From assembly GCA_963850305.1 (NCBI GenBank), contig CAWKKR010000007.1, forward strand, positions 800,001-864,000: a stretch of 64,000 nt of DNA. The letters are read 5' to 3'. The DNA is from an uncultured delta proteobacterium. Lineage in GTDB: Bacteria; Myxococcota_A; Polyangia; Polyangiales; Polyangiaceae. Made by a program: the position numbers and the translations under genes. The notes under the pieces were generated by a model. That model ran no database searches. It had not been told where the DNA came from and was given only the letters and a program-made list of their open reading frames with translations. This document shows, piece after piece, positions 32,801-44,854 of the stretch; position 1 is the first letter of the stretch; each line of letters opens with the position of its first letter.

Positions 32801-34048
32801 TCAACCGTCGAACGCCGACAGAATCAACGTCGCGTTCGTTCCGCCGAACCCAAACGAATTGCTGAGCGCGTGTCGAATGCGTCGCTCGCGCGCCTCGTTC
32901 GGCACGTAATCGAGGACGCACTCGGGATCTTGGTCTTCCAGATTGATCGTCGGCGGTACGATGCCGCGTTCGATCGCGAGCACGCACGCCGCCGCTTCCG
33001 CGGCACCTGCGGCGCCGAGCAAATGCCCCATCATGGACTTCGTGGAGCTGATCCACAGCTTGTGGTCGAGCGCGTGCGCTCCGAAGACCGCCGTGAGCGC
33101 CCTCGATTCCTCGATGTCCCCCGGTGGTGTCGACGTGCCGTGCGCATTGACGTAATCGACGTCCGACGGGTTCAGCTTGGCGTCCGCAAGAGCGTGCTGC
33201 ATCGACTTGACTGCACCGATGCCGCCGGGCGGCGGCTTCGTGATGTGGTAAGCGTCGCTGCTCGCCCCGAAGCCCGTAACCTCGGCAAGCACTCGCGCGC
33301 CGCGACGTCTGGCTCGCGTGAGGGATTCGAGTACGAGCGCGCCCGCTCCCTCGCCGCACACGAATCCATCCCGCCCCTTGTCGAAGGGGCGGCTGGCTCG
33401 GGAGGGATCGTCGTTGCGTCGGCTCAGCGCGAACATGGCCGCGAAGCCGGCTATGCCCGTTGGCGAAATCGCCGCTTCGGCCCCGCCCGCGAGCATCACG
33501 TCCGCGCGTCCTCGGCGAATCCATTCGAGCGCCTCGCCGATCGAGTGGGCGCTCGAAGAACAAGCACTCGTGTGACAGTACGTCGGGCCACGCAGTCCGT
33601 ACTCGATACTGACCTGCCCGGCGGCGAGGTTTCCGATGAGGGACGGAATGAAATAAGGGCTGACCTTGCCCGGACCCTTGTCCTTGAGGATGAGGGTCAC
33701 CTTCTCGAGATTTTCGAGGCCGCCGATGCCTACGCCGATGAAGACTCCGGCTCGATCCCGCTCCTCCTCCGAGAGGTCGAGCGCGGCTTGCTCCAGGGCC
33801 ATCTTCGCGGCCCCCATCGCGAAGGTGATGAAGCGCGCGGCCTCCTTCACCTTCTTCTTCGGCATGAACCGTTCGGGCTCGAAGCCTTTCACCTCGCACG
33901 CGAAGCGGGTCGTGAAGCGCTCGTCGGCCTCGAACAGAGTGATGTTCGCCGCCGCGCTCTCTCCGTTCACCAGGGAACGCCACGTCTCGTTGGTCCCGAC
34001 CCCGCTCGGGGTGACGAGACCGACGCCCGTGACAACGACGCGTTCCAT
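32801..34048 (-). CDS. fabF: Beta-ketoacyl-ACP synthase II
   Basis: SACSS, NAHGTST, STKSMMGHLLGAAG and SNSFGFGG. Confidence 0.96.
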   Translation of the reverse strand: MERVVVTGVGLVTPSGVGTNETWRSLVNGESAAANITLFEADERFTTRFACEVKGFEPERFMPKKKVKEAARFITFAMGAAKMALEQAALDLSEEERDRAGVFIGVGIGGLENLEKVTLILKDKGPGKVSPYFIPSLIGNLAAGQVSIEYGLRGPTYCHTSACSSSAHSIGEALEWIRRGRADVMLAGGAEAAISPTGIAGFAAMFALSRRNDDPSRASRPFDKGRDGFVCGEGAGALVLESLTRARRRGARVLAEVTGFGASSDAYHITKPPPGGIGAVKSMQHALADAKLNPSDVDYVNAHGTSTPPGDIEESRALTAVFGAHALDHKLWISSTKSMMGHLLGAAGAAEAAACVLAIERGIVPPTINLEDQDPECVLDYVPNEARERRIRHALSNSFGFGGTNATLILSAFDG

Positions 34049-34076
34049 AGGTTACTCGGGTCGGATTTCGGGGGCC

Positions 34077-34095
34077 GGTCGGTCGCCGACCGACC
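34077..34095 (-). terminator. Hairpin between acpP and fabF (stabiliser or partial terminator)
   Basis: GGTCGGTCG-C-CGACCGACC inverted repeat; no clear U tract. Confidence 0.4.
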
Positions 34096-34108
34096 CCGGC
34101 GCGCGGAC

Positions 34109-34357
34109 TCAGCCGCCGATATGTTTTTCGATGTAGTCCACCGCGTCCTGAACGGTTCGAATCTGCTCGGTATCCTCGTCAGGAATATCGATCTCGAACG
34201 CTTCTTCGAATGCGAGAACCAACTCCACGAGCCCCAGCGAATCTGCGCCGAGATCGTCGATGAACGTGGACTCGGCCTTGATGTCGGCCTCGTCGACGTC
34301 CAGTTGCTCCTTGATGATTCTCTTCACCTCGGCCGTGATGTCGCGACCTTCAGCCAT
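34109..34357 (-). CDS. acpP: Acyl carrier protein
   Basis: DLGADSL motif, acidic 82 aa, GGAGG SD. Confidence 0.97.
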   Translation of the reverse strand: MAEGRDITAEVKRIIKEQLDVDEADIKAESTFIDDLGADSLGLVELVLAFEEAFEIDIPDEDTEQIRTVQDAVDYIEKHIGG

Positions 34358-34444
34358 GTTGCCTCCAAAGGGGGGGCCGCCTCGTACAACAAGCGTGCCC
34401 CCGATGCATGAGTTTTCCGGGAATCCTGAAAATTCGCCCTCTTT

Positions 34445-35221
34445 TTACATGTACATACCGCCGTTGACGCGGATTACCTGCCCCGTGATGTAGCCCGCCT
34501 CGTCGGACGCCAGAAAGGCGACCGCGGCCGCCACGTCCCGGGCAGCTCCCGCGCGACCCAGCGGCACGACGGATAACATCGCTTGCTTCTGCTCGATCGT
34601 CAGGCCGTGGGTCATGTCCGTCTCGATGAAGCCAGGGGCAATCGCGTTCACGGTAATGTTACGTGAGGCGTACTCGCGCGCCACGGACTTTGCCACGCCC
34701 AAGAGCGCCGCCTTGGACGCGGCGTACGCAGTCTGACCGGCGTTCCCCATCTCGCCGACGACGCTCGACACGAATACGATGCGGCCCGTCTTCGCGCGCA
34801 TCATGGTCTTCGTGGCGGCGCGCGCGCACGCGACGGCTCCACCCACGTTGACGGCGAGGGTCTTCTGCAGATCCTCGTCCTTCAGCCGGAGCAGCAGGCC
34901 GTCGATCGAGATCCCGGCGTTCGCCACGAGAATGTCGAGACGACCGAGTCGCTTCGTTATGTCGGTGACGGTTCGTTCACAGGCGGCGGGGTCCGACATG
35001 TCCATCCGGGCAGCCTCCGCCTGGCCCCCGGCGCGGGTGATACAGCTCACGACGTCTGCCGCCGCCGCCTCTCCGCTGACGAACGTGACGACGACATGCG
35101 CGCCGCGCAGAGCGAGCACCTCGGCGGTTGCGCGCCCGATGCCGCGCGATGCGCCAGTCACGATGGCTACTTTCCGGCTCAGATCGAACAAGGCTTCCCC
35201 TACGGCGGGCCGAGGGCCCAT
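34445..35221 (-). CDS. fabG: 3-oxoacyl-ACP reductase
   Basis: TGASRGIG, NAGI, GNAGQTAYAASK and PGFIETDMT. Confidence 0.95.
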   Translation of the reverse strand: MGPRPAVGEALFDLSRKVAIVTGASRGIGRATAEVLALRGAHVVVTFVSGEAAAADVVSCITRAGGQAEAARMDMSDPAACERTVTDITKRLGRLDILVANAGISIDGLLLRLKDEDLQKTLAVNVGGAVACARAATKTMMRAKTGRIVFVSSVVGEMGNAGQTAYAASKAALLGVAKSVAREYASRNITVNAIAPGFIETDMTHGLTIEQKQAMLSVVPLGRAGAARDVAAAVAFLASDEAGYITGQVIRVNGGMYM

Positions 35222-35254
35222 GGACCCGCGGTCTTTAGCACGCTCAGCGTGAGT

Positions 35255-36199
35255 TCAATTCGGAAAGTGGAGCACGTCCCGGATCTTCGAAATCGAGTCC
35301 GGATCCCCGGCGCTCTCGACCGAAATTCGCTTGTCGATCTTCCGGACGAGCCCGGCGAGCACCTTGCCAGGGCCGATCTCGAGCGCAGCCGTGACGCCCT
35401 GCGCTGCGAGCCACGCGACGGACCGATCCCAGAGGACGGCGCCGTCGATCTGCCGGACGAGAAGATCGCGCACGAGTGCCGGCGAAGCGTTGGGTCTCGC
35501 GTCGACGTTCGCGACGACGGGAAAGGCGAGGGGTCCGATGGGAATGTTCGCGAGCGCCAGTTCGACCGCGCGTGCGGCCGGCCCCATCAGCGCAGAATGG
35601 AATGGCGCGCTCACCTTGAGCGCAATGGCCTTCAGCTTCCGGCTTCCCGCGAGCTCGATCGCGCGTCGAACGGCAGCCGCGTGACCGGCGATGACGACCT
35701 GACCGGGTGCGTTAAAGTTCGCTGGTCCGAGCACGTCTCGTTCGCGCGCGCTGTCGCATAGCTCGCGGACCGCAGTTTCGTCTCCGCCGATGATGGCTGC
35801 CATGCCGCCGTGCCCTTCGGGGACCGCAGCTTGCATCGCTTGCCCCCGAAGTCGCACCAGCCGAACCGCGTCCTCGAACGCGAGGGCACCCGCCGCGACG
35901 AGCGCGCTGTACTCGCCGAGCGAGTGTCCAGCTGCGAACACCGGGTCCGGCAAGTTCGGAATCTCCTCCTTCATTGCCGCGAGCGCGGCAATGCTCGTGG
36001 TCAGGATCGCCGGCTGTGTATTGGCCGTCAGCGTTAGCTCTGTCTCCGGACCCTCGAAGCAGAGCCTGGAGAGGGCTTCGCCCAGGGCCGTATCGGCGCG
36101 CTCGAAGATTGCCCGGGCGGCAGGTGAGCCCTCGGCGAGCGTCTTGCCCATCCCGACGGTCTGCGTTCCCTGTCCGGGAAACAGCCACGCAACCTTCAT
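35255..36199 (-). CDS. fabD: Malonyl-CoA:ACP transacylase
   Basis: FPGQG, TQPA, GHSLGEY and VSAPFHS. Confidence 0.96.
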   Translation of the reverse strand: MKVAWLFPGQGTQTVGMGKTLAEGSPAARAIFERADTALGEALSRLCFEGPETELTLTANTQPAILTTSIAALAAMKEEIPNLPDPVFAAGHSLGEYSALVAAGALAFEDAVRLVRLRGQAMQAAVPEGHGGMAAIIGGDETAVRELCDSARERDVLGPANFNAPGQVVIAGHAAAVRRAIELAGSRKLKAIALKVSAPFHSALMGPAARAVELALANIPIGPLAFPVVANVDARPNASPALVRDLLVRQIDGAVLWDRSVAWLAAQGVTAALEIGPGKVLAGLVRKIDKRISVESAGDPDSISKIRDVLHFPN

Positions 36200-36246
36200 G
36201 CGATCCTCCGGCGAGATGCGGTCGCTCCAGGGCGAGGGCCCTCGGG

Positions 36247-36444
36247 TCAGCTGTCCTCGGTGCTTGCCTTCGTTTTGGTGATCTGTCGGCCCTTGTAGTG
36301 GCCGCAGCTTGCACATACGCGATGTGCCACGGTCGGAGCCGAGCAGTTCGGGCACGGAATGAGGTTCGGTGCTTCGACCTTGTCGTGCTGGGCCCGGCGC
36401 ATGTCGCGGCGGCTACTCGTCCTACGTCGTTTGGGGACTGCCAC
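36247..36444 (-). CDS. rpmF: 50S ribosomal protein L32 (Zn-ribbon form)
   Basis: MAVPKRRTS..CPNC..HRVCASCGHY. Confidence 0.97.
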   Translation of the reverse strand: MAVPKRRRTSSRRDMRRAQHDKVEAPNLIPCPNCSAPTVAHRVCASCGHYKGRQITKTKASTEDS

Positions 36445-36448
36445 GGTC

Positions 36449-37078
36449 TCACTCCTTCTTGTCGCGGAGGCGGCTCGCGATGGCCGCCAGCGGTGCGAGG
36501 CGCGGGTCGATCGCCTCGCGCTCCGAGCGACCCGCTTCGGCCGCTTCGGGAGGACGCTCGATAGCGGGTGTCGCCTCGGATCGCAAGTCCTGGCGGAGCG
36601 GAACCATCGGAAGCTCCAGGAGCAAAAACTCCCGAACGAACCGATCCAGGACCACCTTCTCTCCGTCGTAGGTGTCCCGTGCCGCTTCCTCTTCCTGCAA
36701 TCGGGCTTCCTCCTCCCGGCGAGACGGCCTCGGTTCCGCTGCTCCGCGGGCCCCCTTCTTCTTGCCCGCCTTGGGCCCTCCGGCCAGCGCCGTCGTAGGC
36801 TCGAGGAGCAGGAAAACTTCCGCCTCCAGGTCGTAACGCACCGGGTCCAAGGTTCGTGAGCAGGGCAGGACGACGGGGGCCGTCACCCGGCCGCGAACCA
36901 TGATCTCCCGGCCCCCTTTCGACAGGGTGACTTCGATATGACCGGGCTCGCCGCCGGGGGTGGCGTCGGAGCCACTGAAGGCTGCCCGCAGCCATTCGAC
37001 CGGAATTTCCCGATCGATCTCCCGCTCCCCATATTCGAGGTCGGCGACCGCCACTACGAATTCTGCCCGTCCTGTCAC
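36449..37078 (-). CDS. yceD: DUF177/YceD protein
   Basis: CSRTL, LLLELPM and IDPRLAPL; directly upstream of rpmF. Confidence 0.88.
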   Translation of the reverse strand: MTGRAEFVVAVADLEYGEREIDREIPVEWLRAAFSGSDATPGGEPGHIEVTLSKGGREIMVRGRVTAPVVLPCSRTLDPVRYDLEAEVFLLLEPTTALAGGPKAGKKKGARGAAEPRPSRREEEARLQEEEAARDTYDGEKVVLDRFVREFLLLELPMVPLRQDLRSEATPAIERPPEAAEAGRSEREAIDPRLAPLAAIASRLRDKKE

Positions 37079-37159
37079 GACGCTCGGTGCTTAGCACTCC
37101 TCGCCGTCGTTTGGGGGAGTCGGCGCTCGACGCCGTGTTTGTGAGGAAAACGGGCGCGG

Positions 37160-37168
37160 TGATAGCGT
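37160..37168 (+). promoter_or_regulatory. Extended -10 (TGaTAGCGT) 9 nt before ATG 37178
   Basis: TGnTANNNT-N9-ATG with no SD. Confidence 0.45.
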
Positions 37169-37177
37169 CCGCCCGCC

Positions 37178-38512
37178 ATGAACGAACGTCGCAGACGGCT
37201 GTCGATCGCGCTCGCGATCTACTTCATCGTGGTAGCGACGTATTTCGCGGTCATCCCGCGGAACCGGATCCTCGAGCACACGCCGTTCAATCACTTCTCG
37301 CTGCTCGCCGAATCGTGGCTCAAGGGGCGGCTCGATCTGGGGCATCCACCTCCCGGCTATGCTCAGAACAACGACTTTGCTGCTTACCGATCGAAGTGGT
37401 ACGTCACGTTTCCGCCGTTTCCCGCGGTTCTCCTGATCCCGTTCGTGATGCTGGGCAAGACCGCGGAGAACGTTCGCGATGCCCAAGTCTTCCTCTGGTT
37501 CTCGGGTGTGGGCCCCGCGGTACTGTTCCTCGCGCTCGAGAAGCTCCGCCGGATGGGTGCCTCGGATCGCACGACGCGCGAGAACATCGTGCTCGCGTTG
37601 CTCCTCGCGTTCGGAACCGTGTACTTTTTCACGGCAGTCCAGGGAACCGTGTGGTTTGCCGCGCACGTCGTGGCCGTCGCGTTGGGTGCGCTATATCTGT
37701 TGTTCTCCCTCGATGCCGAGCGGCCGATCCTGGCCGGTCTGGTCATCGGGCTCGGCTTTCTGACTCGAGCGCCGCTCCTCTTTGCATTTCCGCTGTTCTT
37801 CTGCGAAGCCGCGCGCGTCGCGCTTTCCCCCGCGGCTGCGGTCGAGGTGGTGCCCGCGGGGCTGCGCGCTCTCCTGCGGGCGTGGGTCGCGCGCCTCGAT
37901 CTTCGCCGATTCCTCCGGTCCTGCGTGTTGTTCGCCATGCCCGTCGCCGCCTGTGTCGGGACTGCGTGTGTTCTCAACCGCGTGCGCTTCGGCAAAGTCT
38001 CGGACTTCGGATACGAGTACCTGACCGTCGCATGGCAAGCGCGCATGCGTCACTGGGGGCTCTTCGATTACCACTTTCTCGCGCGGAACCTCGGGGTCGT
38101 CCTGACCAGCCTCCCCTGGCACACTCCGGGTTCGAGCACTCCATTTCAGGTGAACGAGCACGGGCTCGCGCTATGGGTCACTACTCCGCTCTACCTGTGG
38201 CTGATCTGGCCGAAGAAGACCGGGCCCATCGTGATCGCCCTTTACGCCACGGCGGCTGCAGTCGCGATCCCGGGGCTCTTTTATCAAAACACCGGGTGGA
38301 TGCAGTTCGGCTTCCGCTTTTCGAACGACTACGCCGTGTTCCTGGTCGCGTTACTTGCGCTGACCGGACACCGGATGGGGAGGCTGTTTGCGCTCGCGGC
38401 AATCTGGTCCGTTGCCGTGAACACGTTCGGCGCCGTCACGTTCGACCGTGGCGAGTTCAGACGATTTTATTTCGAAGACCCGTCGCAGCGCATTCTCTAT
38501 CAACCGGACTGA
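37178..38512 (+). CDS. Polytopic membrane protein, probable GT-C-type glycosyltransferase
   Basis: About 10 TMs; periplasmic loop NND..Y..FPPFPA; GFLTR; NRVRFG; FGFRF. Confidence 0.6.
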   Translation: MNERRRRLSIALAIYFIVVATYFAVIPRNRILEHTPFNHFSLLAESWLKGRLDLGHPPPGYAQNNDFAAYRSKWYVTFPPFPAVLLIPFVMLGKTAENVRDAQVFLWFSGVGPAVLFLALEKLRRMGASDRTTRENIVLALLLAFGTVYFFTAVQGTVWFAAHVVAVALGALYLLFSLDAERPILAGLVIGLGFLTRAPLLFAFPLFFCEAARVALSPAAAVEVVPAGLRALLRAWVARLDLRRFLRSCVLFAMPVAACVGTACVLNRVRFGKVSDFGYEYLTVAWQARMRHWGLFDYHFLARNLGVVLTSLPWHTPGSSTPFQVNEHGLALWVTTPLYLWLIWPKKTGPIVIALYATAAAVAIPGLFYQNTGWMQFGFRFSNDYAVFLVALLALTGHRMGRLFALAAIWSVAVNTFGAVTFDRGEFRRFYFEDPSQRILYQPD

Positions 38513-38534
38513 CGCGAGCAGCGTGGATGAAAAA

Positions 38535-39299
38535 TCAGTGTTTCGAGCGGGTGATCGTCACCTTGACGATCTTCGGCGGATTCACCGCGCGGTCCCCGGA
38601 GACCGGGCTCTCGGCAATGCTCTCGATGACGCTTTCCGGGGTGCACTTCCCGAAGATCGTGTAGCCGCCGTCGAGGTGCGACGCGACGCCGTCCATGATG
38701 AAGAACTGCGACCCGTTCGTGTTCGCGCCGCGATTCGCCATGCAGATCTCCCCGATCTGATCGTGATGAGCGCCGGGCCAGATCTCGTCCGGGATCACGT
38801 ATCCAGGGTCGCCCGAACCGTTGCCGTTCGGATCGCCGCCCTGGATCATGAACCCCTTGATGATCCGGTGAAACGGCGTCCCATCGTATAGCGGCCTCTT
38901 GACCCAGTCCCCTGCGGGCGTTTTCCACGGCCGGATCCCGCGCGCGAGCCCGACGAAGTTGGCGACGGTGATGGGCGCCTTGTCCGGCCAGAGCTCGCAC
39001 TCAAGCGTGCCCTTGCTTGTCTTCATCTCGCCGACGAGCTTCCCCTTACCCGGAAGCCCCTGGGTCGCGTCCGCGAGTGTGAATTTGCCCTTTAGAGGAT
39101 CGCCAGGTGCAACCGGGACCTGCGCGACGGGCTTCGGGGATGGCGCGATCGGCGTCGTTGCCGTCGCGGGTGCGGCAGGCTCCGTGCTCGTCGTCGCCGA
39201 CGGGGGTGCTTCCTGCTTTCGCGAGGCGGGCTCGGGGGGCGTGCCCGATTGACACGCGACGAGGACAAAGACGGCTGCAAGGACGGCGATCGACTTCAT
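38535..39299 (-). CDS. Cyclophilin-type peptidyl-prolyl isomerase lipoprotein
   Basis: LVAC lipobox; FHRIIKGFMIQGGDP and MANRGANTNGSQFFI. Confidence 0.93.
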   Translation of the reverse strand: MKSIAVLAAVFVLVACQSGTPPEPASRKQEAPPSATTSTEPAAPATATTPIAPSPKPVAQVPVAPGDPLKGKFTLADATQGLPGKGKLVGEMKTSKGTLECELWPDKAPITVANFVGLARGIRPWKTPAGDWVKRPLYDGTPFHRIIKGFMIQGGDPNGNGSGDPGYVIPDEIWPGAHHDQIGEICMANRGANTNGSQFFIMDGVASHLDGGYTIFGKCTPESVIESIAESPVSGDRAVNPPKIVKVTITRSKH

Positions 39300-39334
39300 G
39301 GCGCGGCCCAATCAAGTCGCGCCACGCCGGATCG

Positions 39335-39976
39335 TCAAGTCTCTATTCGGATTCGCTGACCCGGCGCGACGCCGTGCGCCCGCGTCCAGCCCGCGTTGAC
39401 CTCGAGGACGTGCGAAGCCGGACAGGGGATCTCGCGTGGTGTCTCGTCCATCGCGGGAACCTCTTCGAGCACCCCGACGATCGTGCCGTCCGACGCGATG
39501 TAAAGCATGTCCAGGGGAATGCAGGTGTCGTGCATCCAGAAGGAGCGCTCGTCCTGGTCGGTCCAGGAGAAGATCATTCCTTGATCGTCCGGCATTTTCT
39601 TCACGTACATCAGTCCGCGTTCCCGCGACGCGTCCGTCGTTGCGATCTCGACGTTGAGGCGCGGCGCCCCTGGCGCCTCGGGGAATGACACCCAGCCTCG
39701 CGGGAGCGTCATGGGTCCGGTCGGATCCGCGGGACACGTGGCGGACGGAGTCGCGTGGGGCGGCGGCGTCTCCGCGAGCGGCACCAGGCATCGGCGCTGT
39801 GCCGCGGGAACCGCGGACGGCGCGGGCGGCGGTTCGTCGCGCGCGGAAGAAGGATCCGGGTGACGGATTGCGGTCGTTTCCGCCAAAGGTTCGGATTCAT
39901 GACGTTCGCAGGCGCCGACGATCAGCGCGAGGAGCATGAGATACGGAAGCTTTCGCGGAATACGAACCACGGACAT
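39335..39976 (-). CDS. DUF192 domain lipoprotein
   Basis: IVGAC lipobox; RERGLM, GMIF, FWMHDT.IPLD and VLEVNAG. Confidence 0.9.
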   Translation of the reverse strand: MSVVRIPRKLPYLMLLALIVGACERHESEPLAETTAIRHPDPSSARDEPPPAPSAVPAAQRRCLVPLAETPPPHATPSATCPADPTGPMTLPRGWVSFPEAPGAPRLNVEIATTDASRERGLMYVKKMPDDQGMIFSWTDQDERSFWMHDTCIPLDMLYIASDGTIVGVLEEVPAMDETPREIPCPASHVLEVNAGWTRAHGVAPGQRIRIET

Positions 39977-40079
39977 GCTCTTTTACTCCGGTGCCGTGTC
40001 GCGATCGAAAATCGTTTGGAGCCGGATTTCAGGCGTGTCCTCTGTCACTCGCGCGCGGTCGGGGCTACCATCTGCCTCC

Positions 40080-40631
40080 GTGCGGGTCGTCGTCTCGAGC
40101 CGAGCGTTGGCGGCGTTCGTGGTGCTCACGGGCTGCGGCGGCGCGGTGGGTCCGGGTCAGACCTCGACGACGGGCGCGGGCGCAGCAGGGGGAGTGTCGG
40201 GGGCGGGCGGTGGCGTCATCGAGGGCGGGGTCGTGGACCTGGACGGTGAGGCCCCGAGCGCGGTGGACGCGTCCGGAACGGCTTACGTCGACCCTGGCTG
40301 CGCTCAAACGCAAAAGACGATCGCACCCTACGAGTGCGCGCCGTATCCCGCGCTCGGTGCCTGCGGCCCCGGCGCGCGCTGCTCGCCGTACGTGACCTAT
40401 GCCGACAAGTGTCAGTCGGAGATCATCGGTACGCGCTGCGAGCCCGCCGGCAACGGCGTTCAAGGGGACGACTGCACGACCGCCCTCTGCGCCGACGGTT
40501 ACGAGTGTGTGAGCGCGGGGTCGGGGTTTGCTTGCGCCAGACTGTGCGTTCTCCAGGGGGACAAGGACGATTGTCCACCGGGACTCATTTGCGGGCCCCT
40601 CGACGTCGAGGGATTCTTCGTCTGCGGCTGA
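40080..40631 (+). CDS. Cys-rich lipoprotein
   Basis: VVLTGC lipobox, Gly linker, Cys-dense domain; start uncertain. Confidence 0.7.
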   Translation: MRVVVSSRALAAFVVLTGCGGAVGPGQTSTTGAGAAGGVSGAGGGVIEGGVVDLDGEAPSAVDASGTAYVDPGCAQTQKTIAPYECAPYPALGACGPGARCSPYVTYADKCQSEIIGTRCEPAGNGVQGDDCTTALCADGYECVSAGSGFACARLCVLQGDKDDCPPGLICGPLDVEGFFVCG

Positions 40632-40638
40632 GATTGTC

Positions 40639-42208
<1,570 letters not shown>

Positions 42209-42300
42209 GTCAGGCCCATCCACATGACCCGCGTCTCCTCGGGAGTCGCTTACTTCACGAATCGCGCAACGAGATCCGTGTGCGTGGATCAAGGTGTTCG

Positions 42301-43221
42301 CTACCGCGCGTTGCGCGCGTTCGGCAAACCGGCCTGGTGCACTTTGCCGGGGAGCTTCCGTCCCACGATGGACTCTGCGACCTGCCCCGCCGCGACGAGG
42401 CGAGGCAGATTGATGCCGGTCTCGATGCCCATGCCATGAAGCATGTAGACGAGATCTTCCGTCGCGAGATTGCCGGCGGCTCCTGGTGCGTAGGGACAGC
42501 CTCCGAGGCCACCCACCGAGGCGTCGAAGTCCTGGATGCCCATCTGCAGGCCCGTGAGAGCGTTCACCAGGGCCGTGCCGCGCGTGTCGTGGAGGTGGAG
42601 GGCGAGCTTCGCCGCCGGGATCTCCTTCAAGAAGAGCTCGCAGATCTTCTGCGTCTGGATCGGCGTCCCAACGCCGATGGTGTCGCCGAGCGACACCTGG
42701 TAGCAGCCGATACCCAGCAAATGATTCGTGAGCTCGAGCGCCCGCGCCGGGTCGACCTCTCCCTCGTAGGGGCATCCCCAGACGGTCGATACGTAGCCGC
42801 GGACCCGCATCTTCGCCTGGATGGCGTGAGGGACGAGTTCGTCGAAAACCTCGAGCGAGCGCGCGATCGGCTTGTTGGTATTCTTGATGTTGTGTGTCTC
42901 GCTCGCCGAGAGAAAGACGGCGACTTCCTTCAGGCCAGCTTCGATCGCGCGTTCCAGGCCTTGCGTGTTGGGGCAGAGCGCGCTGAACACGACCCCGGCG
43001 GGCGGTACGAGGGATCGGACCAGGTCGTCCGCATCCGCGAGCTGCGGTATCCAGCGCGGGGAAACGAAGCTGGTCAGCTCGATGCGAGTCACTCCGGCAG
43101 CGATGAGCGCGTTTATGAGTCGCTCCTTGTGCTCGAGCGGCACGCGCGCCGATTCGTTCTGAAGGCCGTCCCTGGGCGAGACCTCGAAGATCGAAACACG
43201 GCGAGGGAGATTCGTGAACAT
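42301..43221 (-). CDS. hmgL: Hydroxymethylglutaryl-CoA lyase
   Basis: EVSPRDGLQNE, SLGDTIGVG, HLHDTRG and GLGGCPYAPGAAGNLATED. Confidence 0.95.
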   Translation of the reverse strand: MFTNLPRRVSIFEVSPRDGLQNESARVPLEHKERLINALIAAGVTRIELTSFVSPRWIPQLADADDLVRSLVPPAGVVFSALCPNTQGLERAIEAGLKEVAVFLSASETHNIKNTNKPIARSLEVFDELVPHAIQAKMRVRGYVSTVWGCPYEGEVDPARALELTNHLLGIGCYQVSLGDTIGVGTPIQTQKICELFLKEIPAAKLALHLHDTRGTALVNALTGLQMGIQDFDASVGGLGGCPYAPGAAGNLATEDLVYMLHGMGIETGINLPRLVAAGQVAESIVGRKLPGKVHQAGLPNARNAR

Positions 43222-43229
43222 CGCGTCGC

Positions 43230-44681
43230 TCAGATGTCGAGCAGTCTCATTTGACGGACACGCGGATGCTGGGTGAACTCGATCGGATATTTGCCGCTCC
43301 AGCATGCGTGACAATACGGACTTTCGTTCGCGTCGCGAACCACGGGCAGCGATTTTCCGTGACCGCTTCCTGGATGATCCGGCGCTACGGTCCTCGCGCC
43401 CTCGACCGCGGCGATCATCCGCTCGAGCGAGAGGTAGGCGACCGAGTCGCTCGTGATGTACTGGTTGATCTCCTCCACGGTGTGACTGGACGCTATCAGT
43501 TCGGCGCGGGTCGGCGTGTCGATGCCGTAGTAACAGGGCCACTTCGTCGGCGGGCTCGAGATCCGCATGTGGATCTCCCTCGCTCCGGCGTCGCGGAGCA
43601 TCTTGACGATTTTTCGACTGGTCGTCCCCCGCACGATGCTGTCGTCGACGACGACGACGCGTTTCCCCCTGAGCCTGCTGCTGACGGGGTTCAGCTTCAA
43701 GCGTACGCCGAAGTGACGAATGCTCTGCTGAGGTTCGATGAACGTACGTCCGACGTAATGACTTCGAACGAGCCCCATCTCGAAGGGGATATGGGAACGC
43801 TCCGAGTAGCCGATCGTCGCTGGGACGCCGGAGTCTGGAACCGGAATGACGACGTCCGCGTCGACCGGATGCTCCTCCGCCAGTGCTCGGCCGAGCGCTT
43901 TCCGGGCGTCGTATACACTGACGCCATCGAGTACCGAGTCTGGCCGGGCGAAGTAAACGTATTCGAAGATGCACGTCCTCCGCGGTGCTTGCGGGAACGG
44001 ACGGGTGCTGCGCATTCCGCGCGCGTCGAACACGACCATCTCCCCCGGTTCCACCTCACGAACGTATTCGGCGCCGATCAGGTCGAAGCTCGTGGGCTCG
44101 CTCGACACGACGTACGAGCCGTTGGGCATTCGGCCGACGCACAGGGGTCGTATCCCCATCGGATCTCGGACGGCGATCATCTCCTTGTCGGTCAAGCAGA
44201 GCAGCGAATATGCGCCGCGAACCTGCGCGAGCGCGTCAGCCACGCGATCCTCCGCGGACCGCTGCGTGCTGATCGCGACGAGGTGCACGATGACCTCGGT
44301 ATCGCTGCTGCTCTGGAAGATCGAACCGCGCGACTCCAGGCGTTCACGCTGGGAGTCGGAGTTCGTCAGGTTGCCGTTGTGAGCAATCGCGATCGAGCCG
44401 CGCGAGTAATCCACGGCGATGGGCTGCGCATTCTTCAGCATCGAGCCACCGGCGGTCGAGTATCGGACGTGGCCGATGGCGTTGGCTCCCTTCAGCTTGT
44501 CGAGTTGCTCCTGGGGGAACACGTCGATGACGTGCCCCATTCCGCGATGGGCAGAGAGACGCTCACCGTCGCTCGTGACGATGCCAGCGCTTTCTTGCCC
44601 GCGATGCTGTAACGCATGCAGACCGAGATACGTGAGATTCGCTGCCTCGGGGTGACCGTAAACTCCGAAGACGCCGCACAT
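43230..44681 (-). CDS. purF: Amidophosphoribosyltransferase (Fe-S type)
   Basis: MCGVFG, LQHRGQE, GHVRYST and [10 protein letters not shown]; Fe-S cysteines in CIFE, CYYGID and CHAC. Confidence 0.97.
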   Translation of the reverse strand: MCGVFGVYGHPEAANLTYLGLHALQHRGQESAGIVTSDGERLSAHRGMGHVIDVFPQEQLDKLKGANAIGHVRYSTAGGSMLKNAQPIAVDYSRGSIAIAHNGNLTNSDSQRERLESRGSIFQSSSDTEVIVHLVAISTQRSAEDRVADALAQVRGAYSLLCLTDKEMIAVRDPMGIRPLCVGRMPNGSYVVSSEPTSFDLIGAEYVREVEPGEMVVFDARGMRSTRPFPQAPRRTCIFEYVYFARPDSVLDGVSVYDARKALGRALAEEHPVDADVVIPVPDSGVPATIGYSERSHIPFEMGLVRSHYVGRTFIEPQQSIRHFGVRLKLNPVSSRLRGKRVVVVDDSIVRGTTSRKIVKMLRDAGAREIHMRISSPPTKWPCYYGIDTPTRAELIASSHTVEEINQYITSDSVAYLSLERMIAAVEGARTVAPDHPGSGHGKSLPVVRDANESPYCHACWSGKYPIEFTQHPRVRQMRLLDI

Positions 44682-44854
44682 TGGGAAACTTTCGTCGGGG
44701 GCGACCGGGCTCGCGATCCTCTCATGCCGCGCCCGGTGGCCGCCGGCAAGGCGGACGTGGGCCCGACCCATTTCAGGGGTCGGAGTCCCGGGTGCGGCCG
44801 ACGTCTATTCTTCACGCGGACGGGAGAAATTCTGTTTATCCTAAGCGTTCCTCG

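Noticed and set aside
32801..36199. Type II PKS cluster
   Set aside because: Single KS without a chain-length factor, linked to rpmF; housekeeping fatty-acid synthesis.
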